Source: an uncultured virus (IMG/VR IMGVR_UViG_3300006990_000018) (Duplodnaviria; Heunggongvirae; Uroviricota; Caudoviricetes). From it: a stretch of 20,000 nucleotides of DNA. The notes below the pieces were generated by a model. The model had not been told where the DNA came from and did not search any database. It worked only from the letters and a program-made list of their open reading frames with translations. A program made the translations under genes and the position numbers. This document shows positions 1 through 8,713 of this stretch, piece by piece; within the stretch, counting starts at the first letter, position 1, and every line of letters starts with the position of its first letter. The stretch lies in IMG/VR virus record IMGVR_UViG_3300006990_000018. The stretch is one strand, 5' to 3'.

Positions 1-125
1 TTGAAGAACTTGAGGACCTCGTGCGCCGCCTGTGCAAGCACACAGGAATGCGTATGGAGACCATCAAGGAACTACACCGAGACCAACAAACGCTCCTCCC
101 ACTCAAGCAACGACGGCTGGACTGA
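1..125 (+). CDS. 3' end of a gene truncated by the window edge (...EELEDLVRRLCKHTGMRMETIKELHRDQQTLLPLKQRRLD*)
   Basis: Frame starting at nt 3 is open to TGA 123-125, 2 nt before the next ATG at 128. Product unknown. Confidence 0.55.
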   Translation, partial: EELEDLVRRLCKHTGMRMETIKELHRDQQTLLPLKQRRLD

Positions 126-127
126 CC

Positions 128-877
128 ATGCTCCTTGGACCCAAGGCGCCCATTGAGGGCGTCCGTCAATGGCTACGAGACCCCATCCGACCGCTCATCC
201 TCTTTGGGCCAGCGGGATGCGGGAAGAACCATGTCCTTGAGACCATTGGCGAAGCGTTGGAGATGCAAGCGGAGACCCACGAGGACCCCTTGACCGCCAT
301 GGATAACGCACGCCATCCGACCTTTGGTGGAAATGGCCGCTACGCCGTCGTGGACGACGCCGATTTCATCAGCGGTAGGATATGGTCCCGAATAGCGAAA
401 GCGCTCCCTCACGCCCCTCCTACGGCCATTCTCGCCCAATCCTTGCACTCGGTCCCGTATCAAGTGCGGAAGTCCTGTGTTGTCATTGAACTCAAGCGAC
501 CGAGCGAATCGCATATGCGTTCCATGCTGGGCGAGCACCCCCTATCGGCCGACATAGCCAAGACCGCCAAGTCGTGGAGGCAGGCTATCACCGCCGCTAC
601 AATCGGCGTGGTTCCGAACACCGAGGACCTCGGATTCGTTCATGCACGAGACCAAGCGAAGGCCGTCCTCGCTGGGCACCTCACCCATGACTTTGACACT
701 CATCCACTCTCGGTTCTGGGCATGGCCCATCACAACGGCACTCCACCCGAGCAGGTGGCCCGTGGTCTGATGATGCACTCCCACGCTTGGGACATTGACC
801 ATCTCTCCGCCGTATCAAGGCGCTACATCGCTACGCTCCGCTCGGACCGACAGGATAACCCACCCTATCGTTTGTGA
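128..877 (+). CDS. AAA+ ATPase, clamp loader (RFC large subunit-like)
   Basis: Walker A-like PLILFGPAGCGKN, Walker B-like YAVVDDAD, and an RFC-like 'VRKSCVVIELKRPS' segment. ATG 128 preferred over GTG 32 because it follows the upstream stop. Confidence 0.7.
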   Translation: MLLGPKAPIEGVRQWLRDPIRPLILFGPAGCGKNHVLETIGEALEMQAETHEDPLTAMDNARHPTFGGNGRYAVVDDADFISGRIWSRIAKALPHAPPTAILAQSLHSVPYQVRKSCVVIELKRPSESHMRSMLGEHPLSADIAKTAKSWRQAITAATIGVVPNTEDLGFVHARDQAKAVLAGHLTHDFDTHPLSVLGMAHHNGTPPEQVARGLMMHSHAWDIDHLSAVSRRYIATLRSDRQDNPPYRL

Positions 878-919
878 TAGGCCGCCACCTTAATATAGGT
901 GGTGTTCATAGGACCAAAC
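878..919 (+). promoter_or_regulatory. Class I element copy 1 (TTAATATAGG 890-899; hairpin CGCCACCT/AGGTGGTG)
   Basis: TAGGC...CCTTAATATAGG with ATG exactly 30 nt after the first T of the core (920); archaeal TATA spacing for a leaderless mRNA. Confidence 0.85.
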
Positions 920-3112
920 ATGACCCAACCATGGACCCCCACTACCCAGCGTGCCTATCAGCACCACCTCGGCAACCTCGCCAAAGTGCTGAGCGGACAA
1001 TACGAAGGGAAAGGCCGAGCAGTCAAGCGTTTGAAAGTCGGACCATCGGAGCCATGTGCAACTGACGGCGACACCGTTCACCTGTCCTACCCCATCATGC
1101 AGGGCATCAGCGATAGCATGAACCTCATTCTCACCGAAGCCATCCTCGCCCACGAGGCCGCTGGCCACCTTCGCTACACAAACTTCAACGCTTGGAAAAC
1201 CATGACCGACGCTATCAAGCGTGGTGATGAGGACCGCTTGCTCCACGACTTCGTGAACATTTTTGAGGACGCCCGAGTGAACTACCTTCTCGGCAAGGAC
1301 TTCGCTGGCTCCAAGAAGCGCTTGGATATGGCTCAGAACATGATGATGGCCCAGCACAAGGCTGGCGTCGCAGGCCGTGTCATTGAGGACAAGGAAGCCC
1401 CCAAGATGGGTGTTATCGCCATCGCCACCGAAGCCATTCTCAGCGTTGGCCACTTCATCAACCACCCGAAGGTTATCGCCATGATGGACGAGGCTCGCCC
1501 CCTATTCGTCAATGCTTTGGCCGCCAAGAACACCAACATAGTGGTCAAGGGTGCCCGTGAAGTGCTCGCCATTTACCGCAAGCACTTCCCCGAGGACGAG
1601 ACGGATGGCTCCGAATACGGCGCCTCCACCTCCGATGAGGGAGAAGGTCTCTTCTCGGACGACATGAGCATTGAGAACATTGAGAAGGCGGCGAACTCGC
1701 AGAAGCGAAACAAAGCCAAGGCTCAAGACGCCCCAGCCAAGCGCTTCAAAGACCTCGTGGAAAAAATGCCTGTGGCCGACTCCACTCAAGACGGCGACGG
1801 CCCTGCCGCTGGCGATGCTGACGGCGACGGTGAGTCCGCTGGTGGAGATGCTGGCGACGGCAACGAGACTGGCGACGAGACTGGCGACGACGGCGATGGT
1901 GCTGGCGACGGTGCTGGCGGAGATTCTGCTGGCGGAGATGTTGGCGACGAGACTGGCGACGACGGCAACGGGAAGGGTATGAACGCTCTCCCCGAGACCC
2001 AAGACGACGACTTCGGCTCCTCTGCCGTTGTCCGTGAAGGCGACAACGACGAGGCAGAGTTCCTCGGCGGCTCAACTGGTTCATACGAGGCATTGTTTGA
2101 AGGAGACGACTTGACGGAGAACCTCAAGGCTGAGGCCCAAGCCGTCCTTGACGGTGCCGATGACCTGTGGTTCCCCGAGGACGCAGACCTTGAGGACCTC
2201 ACCGTGGACCATGTGGTTCCCGATTCGGGCGAGCGTGTGAACGACGGTGGCCACCTCATCATCACTCAAGAAAACGAATCGTGGCGAGACGGCATGGCTG
2301 ATGTTGGCGCTTATGATGCGACCAAGGCTCAAACGAAGGGCGCTGTGAAGCGTGTCGCCAAGACCTTGCAGAACCTCATCAAGGGCGCTGACACTCGCTT
2401 CACGACCCACCACAAGCGAGGCAAATTGGACGACCGCCGCCTGTGGGCTGTGCGCTCCTCCGACCGCTTGTTCACCAAGGACAAGACCTACGAGGAGTTC
2501 AAGTTGCGATGCGTCATTCTCATTGACGCCTCGGGGTCCATGAGTGGTGGCCGTGCTCGTCAAGCCGCTAAGGCCGCTGTGGCGCTCTCTGAGGCCATGG
2601 AAGCCGTTGGGGCGGACTACGAGGTCGTGGACTTCAATTCGTCCAATGGAGGCATTCGTGGCTACTCTCAAGGAGCAACCTACATCAATGTGCGAAAGGG
2701 CGCCAACCAATCGCTCACCACGACTGTCAAGCAACAAATCGCCACACCATTCTCGGGTTCCCAAAACTCCGATGGCTACGCCGTCAAATGGGCCATGAAC
2801 CGCACCAAGCAGTTCGGCCAACCCGACGCTCGCCGTATGGTGTTCATCATCAGCGACGGCTCCCCATGTGGCCCTGCTCCACGGGGTATGGGTAGCGGCA
2901 CCCATTTGCAGTCCGTCTTGGCTGAGGCTGAGAAGGACGACTGCATTCTGTTCTCTGTCGGCATCGCTGGAATGAACACGGCCAAGTGGTATGCAAACCA
3001 CGGCCACGCCTCTGTGAAAGACATCAGCACGCTCGCCTCGGACATTCTCGTGCCCCTCAAAATGGCGCTCAAGAAGGCGCTCAAGAAGAAAATGAAGGTA
3101 GTGGTCCAATGA
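920..3112 (+). CDS. CobT-like / MoxR-partner vWA domain protein with N-terminal metallopeptidase-like domain and acidic Gly/Asp linker
   Basis: AHEAAGH and FEDARV motifs at the N-terminus, a G/D-rich low-complexity linker, MIDAS motif DASGSMS and ISDGSP in the C-terminal vWA domain. Start set to ATG 920 by promoter spacing. Confidence 0.8.
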   Translation: MTQPWTPTTQRAYQHHLGNLAKVLSGQYEGKGRAVKRLKVGPSEPCATDGDTVHLSYPIMQGISDSMNLILTEAILAHEAAGHLRYTNFNAWKTMTDAIKRGDEDRLLHDFVNIFEDARVNYLLGKDFAGSKKRLDMAQNMMMAQHKAGVAGRVIEDKEAPKMGVIAIATEAILSVGHFINHPKVIAMMDEARPLFVNALAAKNTNIVVKGAREVLAIYRKHFPEDETDGSEYGASTSDEGEGLFSDDMSIENIEKAANSQKRNKAKAQDAPAKRFKDLVEKMPVADSTQDGDGPAAGDADGDGESAGGDAGDGNETGDETGDDGDGAGDGAGGDSAGGDVGDETGDDGNGKGMNALPETQDDDFGSSAVVREGDNDEAEFLGGSTGSYEALFEGDDLTENLKAEAQAVLDGADDLWFPEDADLEDLTVDHVVPDSGERVNDGGHLIITQENESWRDGMADVGAYDATKAQTKGAVKRVAKTLQNLIKGADTRFTTHHKRGKLDDRRLWAVRSSDRLFTKDKTYEEFKLRCVILIDASGSMSGGRARQAAKAAVALSEAMEAVGADYEVVDFNSSNGGIRGYSQGATYINVRKGANQSLTTTVKQQIATPFSGSQNSDGYAVKWAMNRTKQFGQPDARRMVFIISDGSPCGPAPRGMGSGTHLQSVLAEAEKDDCILFSVGIAGMNTAKWYANHGHASVKDISTLASDILVPLKMALKKALKKKMKVVVQ
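1790..1975 (+). repeat. Low-complexity coding repeats (Gly-Asp linker), including a 24-bp direct repeat GGCGACGAGACTGGCGACGACGGC at 1871-1894 and 1943-1966
   Basis: Seen directly; encodes GDETGDDG twice. Confidence 0.8.
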
Positions 3113-4146
3113 AGCGCTCAGTCCTCATTCCGACTGGCGATGAGCCACCCGAGCGCCGCACAGGCACCTACAACGAGCAAGAAGCCGTGCGCTATGACCT
3201 TGCGTTCACGGCGGTGGATTATCACCCAGCCAAACCGATTCTCGGCTTCGTTGATTTAGCGCACCGCTACACCGAATCATTGAATTGGGGACACTTTGAG
3301 ATGACGCATGGTGGCGTCGTTGAGATGATACACAGTATCATGGAGTCGCCTGCTCTCGGCGAGATTTCCATTGACAACGAAAACGGATGGGTCCGCACCG
3401 ATGAAGCGGTTCAAATCGGCGTCATTTGGCCCAAGGACCGTGTGCCTCAAGGAGTGTTCATGCGTGGCCAAGGATGTGCTCCCAAGCACCGCATGGAGGT
3501 ATGCCTCAAGACCATATCACCACGAGATGCTCACGACTTCCAATCAGTCCTTCAAGGCGAGACGGAGATGGTGTCGGCTCCGAAAAATAACGCAGTTCAC
3601 ACCCGTCTCTCGCAGGTTATGGCCCGTTTGATTGGGTTCATCGCTAACGGCGATTGGGACGAGGGTGGGGCGTTTGGTATTTGTGGCGAAACAGAGAACC
3701 TTGCTGGCTTGATTAACTCCGCTCGGTCGGATGCGTCATCCCCGACAATCGGATGGAAAGGACGCCTCTATGCACCTCAGCGCTTCTCCACGACATCACG
3801 GCGCTACGCTGATGCAGTTCGTCGTGGCTGGGAGATGGGTGATGCTATTTGGACCAATATCCCCTCAGAGTGGGACGGGGAGACGAATGAATGGGAGGCC
3901 TTCCCAAGGGTCGTGGAACACGATGAGAACCCATTCGTTGTTCAAGAACTTCCACCGATTTACAAAGAGCGACGGGCCTCAATCCACATCAACCTCGGTG
4001 GCGACTTTTGGGTGGAAGAGACCCGATGTCCGAAGTGTGCCCAAAGGCTTATCATCCACACTCCCGCCTCTATGTGTCCCAGCGGACACCCTGTTGGGCT
4101 GACTGTCAAGTGCGGCGACTGCAAGCACTCATTCGGTTGGCCTTGA
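3109..4146 (+). CDS. Hypothetical protein with C-terminal Zn-finger (CPKC...CPSGH...CGDC)
   Basis: ATGA overlap with the vWA gene stop; long ORF; paired Cys motifs. Confidence 0.7.
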   Translation: MKRSVLIPTGDEPPERRTGTYNEQEAVRYDLAFTAVDYHPAKPILGFVDLAHRYTESLNWGHFEMTHGGVVEMIHSIMESPALGEISIDNENGWVRTDEAVQIGVIWPKDRVPQGVFMRGQGCAPKHRMEVCLKTISPRDAHDFQSVLQGETEMVSAPKNNAVHTRLSQVMARLIGFIANGDWDEGGAFGICGETENLAGLINSARSDASSPTIGWKGRLYAPQRFSTTSRRYADAVRRGWEMGDAIWTNIPSEWDGETNEWEAFPRVVEHDENPFVVQELPPIYKERRASIHINLGGDFWVEETRCPKCAQRLIIHTPASMCPSGHPVGLTVKCGDCKHSFGWP

Positions 4147-4160
4147 ACGATGTGTCCTTT

Positions 4161-4200
4161 GCGGCACACTTATATATAGGGACCTCCTACGGTCAAATGG
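4161..4200 (+). promoter_or_regulatory. Class I element copy 2 (TATATATAGG 4171-4180)
   Basis: Variant core followed by CCTACG as in copies 4, 5 and 7; GGAG and ATG 4212 downstream. Confidence 0.7.
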
Positions 4201-4211
4201 AGCGGACAAAC

Positions 4212-4505
4212 ATGAAAATCCCCAAGCCACTACGCCAAGCCATCGTGAGCCGACTACGCTCGGAGCCACGACCCCAAAGCGCCAGCGAACTCACCGCACC
4301 CGTGAACGACGCCGTGAAGCCATCCTACCGCAAGACGCCCAAGCAGATGGCGTTCGTGCTCAAGCAGATGAAGCGAGACGGTGATGTCGTCGTGGCGAAG
4401 GAGGTCAAGAACGGCTTGACCGCCCACGGCAACGAGCGCTCTCGTGTGGAATACACCCTCAACCACGAGGTTCACGACCCCGACATTGTGGAGGAGAGCG
4501 AATGA
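4212..4505 (+). CDS. Putative winged-helix DNA-binding protein
   Basis: Helix-helix-recognition helix-hairpin pattern (LRQAIVSRL..SASEL..TPKQMAFVLKQMKRDGDV..VEYTL). Start ATG 4212, alternative 4197. Confidence 0.55.
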   Translation: MKIPKPLRQAIVSRLRSEPRPQSASELTAPVNDAVKPSYRKTPKQMAFVLKQMKRDGDVVVAKEVKNGLTAHGNERSRVEYTLNHEVHDPDIVEESE

Positions 4506-5563
4506 GCACCCGACTGTTTGACGGCCCTCTCCCCGAGCATATCGTGGAGAACCTACAACGAGGCGTAGCCCCGCACGAGAAGCGTGTGGTCGCCAACCTC
4601 GCCAAGGTCTCACGCATCGTGAACACCGAGAACATGACCATCCGAACCTACGACGACTTCAAGCAGGATTGGAAATACACCCACTCTCTCTATGCAAAGG
4701 TCGGAGAGCATAACTGCTTCCTGTGTGGAAAACAGCACATCCGTGAACTGTGTCAAGTCCACGACGAAGTGCAAGGAAAAACCATCACCGTCGGCAACGA
4801 ATGCGTGTGGAAGCATGTTGAGATTATGACTGACGCCGCTGAGGGACTCACAGGCGACGCCAAGCGAGACTTCCTCAAGGACGCCATGGCCAAGGCCAAG
4901 GCCAAGTTCATGCGAGAGAAGTTCGCCGCTGGGGGACACCTCACTACCGATTGGGAAGAATACCGAGACTACGCCACGGGCGCTCGTGAAGGCTGGCCCG
5001 TCTTTGGGAAGGAGAACCGCACCTACGCCAAGCGTGCCGACCGCATGATTAACGAGCGAGGCTACCTCACGGGCAAGACCGAAGAGTGGTTCATGACCAA
5101 GCGCCGAGACTTCCGTGCTGATGTGTTCCGCTGGAAGGAGGACGCCAAGAAGGTTCACGCTGAGCGCCTCCACCTAAACGCTGAGGCCGCCCGTCGCCGC
5201 CGTGAGCGGGACACGGACGCCACGAACTTCCGACTCAACGCCGAGCAAGGTGTGGACGACGGAAGGGTGTCTCCTGCGCTCGCTAAGGGCATCGCCAGCG
5301 TGGAGCAAGGCATTCGCCGCTACGGCCTCCACGGCTTGAAGTGGAGCCTCCATGACACCTACGAAGCCATCATGGCTGGCCTGCTGGGCAAGCCCACGGT
5401 GGACGAACCCATTGAGGTGTTCCACGCCCACTACGACGACCTTTCCGAATGGGAGCACTCGTTCCTGCACTCCATCAGCGAGAAGCGCACGAGCCTCGGC
5501 TTGCCGCTCACGCCCAAGCAACAGAAGGTCTTTGACAAAATCAAGAAGAAGGTGGCCGCTTGA
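4502..5563 (+). CDS. Hypothetical protein with Zn-binding motif (CFLCG...VGNEC) and C-terminal LSEWE..F..SI...LTPKQ helical motif
   Basis: ATGA overlap with the upstream gene; 353-aa ORF with genome-typical codon usage. Confidence 0.75.
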   Translation: MSTRLFDGPLPEHIVENLQRGVAPHEKRVVANLAKVSRIVNTENMTIRTYDDFKQDWKYTHSLYAKVGEHNCFLCGKQHIRELCQVHDEVQGKTITVGNECVWKHVEIMTDAAEGLTGDAKRDFLKDAMAKAKAKFMREKFAAGGHLTTDWEEYRDYATGAREGWPVFGKENRTYAKRADRMINERGYLTGKTEEWFMTKRRDFRADVFRWKEDAKKVHAERLHLNAEAARRRRERDTDATNFRLNAEQGVDDGRVSPALAKGIASVEQGIRRYGLHGLKWSLHDTYEAIMAGLLGKPTVDEPIEVFHAHYDDLSEWEHSFLHSISEKRTSLGLPLTPKQQKVFDKIKKKVAA

Positions 5564-5841
5564 CACGGTGGCTTCTCAATCAGCCAATACCTCGGAGCGT
5601 GGTGGTTCCCACCAACCCGACCATGAACGCTCAAACTCGTGAGGTCCCCGTCTCGGGAGTCGGCACCGTGCCGTATTGCCCGAACTGCGGACGACACGGA
5701 CCGATTGACGCTCTCACGCTGGGAGACGGTGCCTCGTGGCCGAACCTCGCCGTCCTATGCGGGCGCGTAGGCCATGAAGGGTGCGGCATCTATTGGTGCC
5801 TTGCCGCTCGGCCACCCCATGATTTGCGATTGCTGGACTGA
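5560..5841 (+). CDS. Small Zn-ribbon protein (CPNCG...CG...CG..WC)
   Basis: TTGA overlap with the upstream stop; Cys pairs. Start uncertain (TTG 5560 or ATG 5623). Confidence 0.55.
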   Translation: MTRWLLNQPIPRSVVVPTNPTMNAQTREVPVSGVGTVPYCPNCGRHGPIDALTLGDGASWPNLAVLCGRVGHEGCGIYWCLAARPPHDLRLLD

Positions 5842-5853
5842 TTTCAAGCCTTT

Positions 5854-5894
5854 TAGGCGGCATCTTAATATAGGGGTGCCCCCATGGCTTAACC
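5854..5894 (+). promoter_or_regulatory. Class I element copy 3 (TTAATATAGG 5865-5874)
   Basis: Full TAGGC..TTAATATAGG..GCTTAACC. Position +30 is AAG rather than ATG and is followed by GGAGAG and ATG 5910, suggesting a leadered variant. Confidence 0.85.
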
Positions 5895-5909
5895 AAGGAG
5901 AGATACAAA

Positions 5910-6305
5910 ATGACCTACGCAGACCCACAATTCCTGTTCTATGAGAACGGCGGACCCAGCAAAGAAGAAGGACGAAACGATGAAGCCAACACCATGGCGG
6001 CGCACCTCACGCTTGAGGACCTCACATCGGACCGATACCTCGGAACTACCTACATGACCCACGAACTGCTTCCATCGGATGAAGAGATGATTACAAGCAA
6101 GCACTACTGGAAGGTCTTTGCTCAGAACGACGGCTTCGGACGAGAAGCGTCAATCAATGTGTGGAACGCTGAGGAAGCCTTGCACTTCGGTGCACTCCTC
6201 GTCGCCGCTGGCTACAAGACGGTTTGCTCCTACGATGAGCGCCAAGTCGGCGGAAGCCCGAACTATGTCAAGCACACAAGCAAAGGCCCTGTCTTTGTGA
6301 ACTGA
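5910..6305 (+). CDS. Hypothetical cassette protein
   Basis: 131-aa ORF downstream of a class I element with SD-like AGGAG; no recognisable family. Confidence 0.7.
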   Translation: MTYADPQFLFYENGGPSKEEGRNDEANTMAAHLTLEDLTSDRYLGTTYMTHELLPSDEEMITSKHYWKVFAQNDGFGREASINVWNAEEALHFGALLVAAGYKTVCSYDERQVGGSPNYVKHTSKGPVFVN

Positions 6306-6320
6306 GGCTTGAACGAGCGC

Positions 6321-6354
6321 AACGGTTTCAAACCCCGCCACCCCCTCGGGGGCT
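6321..6354 (+). promoter_or_regulatory. Class II promoter-like motif (ACGG-TTTCAAA-CC) with CCCCC-TC-GGGGG inverted repeat
   Basis: T-rich box starts 29 nt before the terL ATG; the motif recurs before other structural genes. Confidence 0.55.
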
Positions 6355-7878
6355 ATGGCGGAGGGCGAGACGGGCCGATTGTCGGCCGAGCAGGCTCGGG
6401 AAATTGCACTATACCCCGACCGCTGGTCGTGCTTCTTCCGCACCATTGACGGCAAACCGTTCCGATTGGACGAGCGGGACTACCTCGTGGAGATATACCG
6501 CCACTTCGGAGCCTTGGAGAAGAACGACGCCACCAAAATGGTGGTGCTCAAGTGCTCTCGCAAGGTGGAAAAGACCGAGACCATCTGCAACTTGCTCCTC
6601 TATGGCCTACTGAACATACCCTACTTCAACGCCGTTTATACGGCCCCCCGACAGCCACAGGTGAGCCGCTTTGTTGAGGAGCGGTTCAATGGGGCCATGA
6701 TGGGTTCCATCAACAACGGGACCCTTCTGAACGCCCGTATCAAGACCTCCGTGAGCCACCAAACCTTTGATGTGGGAGCCAAGACGCTGAACCATCTCTA
6801 TGCCTACTCCAATTGGGGCGATGCTCACGCCCTGCTTGGGATTGAGGCCGACCTGTGTTGCATTGACGAATACCAAGACTCCGACGGCGATGTCCTACCG
6901 ATGCTGATTGAGATGCTCGCTCAGTCTGACTACAAATGGGTGGTCATATCGGGCACGGCTCGTGAGCAAGGGTCCGAGTTTTGGAAACTGTGGGAGAAGT
7001 CCACGAAGGGTGAATGGGACACCGAGGCTGGAAAGTGGGTCCACACGGACTCCAAGGCGAACATCATCGGCTATCACATTTCACAGGAGATGCACCCCGA
7101 CATCACGGCCAAGGACATAGCGCAGAAGAAGGAGACCTACACACCCCGACGATTCGCCAACGAGGTGCTGGGTGAGTTCTTCGCTGGGTCCACCAAGCCG
7201 CTCACCTTTGACGAGGTGCTCCCCGTCTTTGACCGCGACCGCGATGTGGTCCGAGGGGTCGCTCCACCTGCCGAGACCTACATGGGGATTGATTGGGGGA
7301 AGGAGACGACCGTGGTGATTATTGACGAGCATAGCAACATACTGCAAGCGGTCAAGTTGGACTCTCGTGAGACAGGCGAAGGTGATGAAGTGGAGATTCT
7401 CAAGAAGATGATTGGCGACTATAACTGCGTGCAGGTCGTCGCTGATATTGGCTACGGTGCTCGGCAGGTCAAGGAATTGCAGGAGGAGTTTGGAGAGCGT
7501 GTGCGGTCCTGCTACTACTCGTCTCGGCCAATGACGCCCTACGAATACAAGAAGCGAGACAACAACCGCAACCTCATTTTCATGTGCGTCGTGGACCGCA
7601 CGACCTATGTGGAGCAGACCGTGGAGGCCATCAAGAACCGTGAGGTGAGCCTACCCTATGCTGACGAATCACTCGCATGGGTGGCGCACGAGTGGTGCTC
7701 GCTGACGAGTTCAGCCGAGGCTGATGAGAAGAACACGCGCCCGATTCGGGGGCAGACCTTGACTAAATATGGGCGAGACGGAGACGACCACGCCTTCCAT
7801 TCCCTACTCTATGCTCGTCTGGCGCTTGAAATCAACGACGGGGGCGCTTTGCCCGAGATGCGGACCTTCGGAGCATAA
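6355..7878 (+). CDS. terL: Terminase large subunit
   Basis: Walker A-like VVLKCSRKVEKT, Walker B LCCIDEYQD, motif III ISGT, RNase H-like nuclease YMGIDWG, C-terminal DGDDHAFHS; lies upstream of the portal. Confidence 0.9.
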   Translation: MAEGETGRLSAEQAREIALYPDRWSCFFRTIDGKPFRLDERDYLVEIYRHFGALEKNDATKMVVLKCSRKVEKTETICNLLLYGLLNIPYFNAVYTAPRQPQVSRFVEERFNGAMMGSINNGTLLNARIKTSVSHQTFDVGAKTLNHLYAYSNWGDAHALLGIEADLCCIDEYQDSDGDVLPMLIEMLAQSDYKWVVISGTAREQGSEFWKLWEKSTKGEWDTEAGKWVHTDSKANIIGYHISQEMHPDITAKDIAQKKETYTPRRFANEVLGEFFAGSTKPLTFDEVLPVFDRDRDVVRGVAPPAETYMGIDWGKETTVVIIDEHSNILQAVKLDSRETGEGDEVEILKKMIGDYNCVQVVADIGYGARQVKELQEEFGERVRSCYYSSRPMTPYEYKKRDNNRNLIFMCVVDRTTYVEQTVEAIKNREVSLPYADESLAWVAHEWCSLTSSAEADEKNTRPIRGQTLTKYGRDGDDHAFHSLLYARLALEINDGGALPEMRTFGA

Positions 7879-7987
7879 GTGCCTATGAGATGGGGGTATA
7901 TAATCTTTTGCTACCTATCCTTTTGCTTCCTGTGTTGGTTTGGGCAATCGCTTCGGTCTTAAACCGCATGCTGAACAAGATTCCATC

Positions 7988-8251
7988 ATGGCGGACGCTA
8001 ACGAGGTTCTGTTGGAGATGCTCAAGGGCCTTCGTGATGATGTGGTGGTCATTCGGGACAACCATTTGGCGCACATCGCTGACGACATTCAAGAGATTAA
8101 AACCGAGCAAGTGGCCCAGCGTCGGGACATTGAGGACCTCATGGAGTTCAAGGAGGGCATCAACCAACACATCAAGTCGGGCATCACACGCCTTGTCCTC
8201 ACGGCGGCGGCCCTCACGACCGCCTCGCTCGGCATCCCGATGGCGTTATGA
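7988..8251 (+). CDS. Small coiled-coil protein with C-terminal hydrophobic anchor
   Basis: MADANEVLL... heptad pattern followed by LVLTAAALTTASLGIPMAL; class II motif CGG-TCTTAAA-CC 31 nt upstream of ATG 7988. Confidence 0.7.
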   Translation: MADANEVLLEMLKGLRDDVVVIRDNHLAHIADDIQEIKTEQVAQRRDIEDLMEFKEGINQHIKSGITRLVLTAAALTTASLGIPMAL

Positions 8252-8276
8252 ACCTCCTATTGGGATGCGTAGGAAC

Positions 8277-8672
8277 ATGGCGAAGCGGCAGTCATCCACG
8301 AGAAGCCTATTCTGGTTTGTCTCTGTCCCCATCGTTATTGCATGGGTGTCGTTTGCTTCGTTGGCCGTCTATAAGTCCGTGGTGGACGGTATGGAAATCA
8401 CCGAGAACCAATTGACGGTCATAGGGATTGTCGGTGGTCCTGCCCTGCTCATCATCACCAACCTGTTGGACCTGTTCAAGCAGGAGACCACGAATGACAT
8501 TCAAAACATGACACCCCAGCACGAGGCCGACATGAAATTGTCCGCCGCACGACTTGACCACGAACTCGCACGAGCCGCCGCTCAGCACGACCACGAGATG
8601 CTCATGCAACGAGAGGGCCGTATGCCCGTGTCCCCTTCCGAGGTCCCACTCCCAGCCGATGAAGAAAACTGA
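8277..8672 (+). CDS. Two-TM membrane protein (holin-like topology)
   Basis: Basic N-terminus, two hydrophobic segments (LFWFVSVPIVIAWVSFASLAVY; LTVIGIVGGPALLIITNLL), charged tail; class II motif G-TTATGAA-CC at -31. Confidence 0.65.
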   Translation: MAKRQSSTRSLFWFVSVPIVIAWVSFASLAVYKSVVDGMEITENQLTVIGIVGGPALLIITNLLDLFKQETTNDIQNMTPQHEADMKLSAARLDHELARAAAQHDHEMLMQREGRMPVSPSEVPLPADEEN

Positions 8673-8713
8673 TAGGCGCTACCTTAATATAGGAGTGGCG
8701 CCTACGACTATAC
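8673..8713 (+). promoter_or_regulatory. Class I element copy 4 (TTAATATAGG 8684-8693; hairpin 8673-8704)
   Basis: TAGGCGCTA-CCT-TAATAT-AGG-AG-TGGCGCCTA; ATG at +30 (8714). Confidence 0.9.

Noticed and set aside
7890..8672. 260-aa ORF with a hydrophobic N-terminus
   Set aside because: The middle is an out-of-frame overlap of the 7988-8251 gene with Arg/Ser/Trp-rich shadow composition. The hydrophobic start reflects the T-rich gap. The real start is probably ATG 8277.
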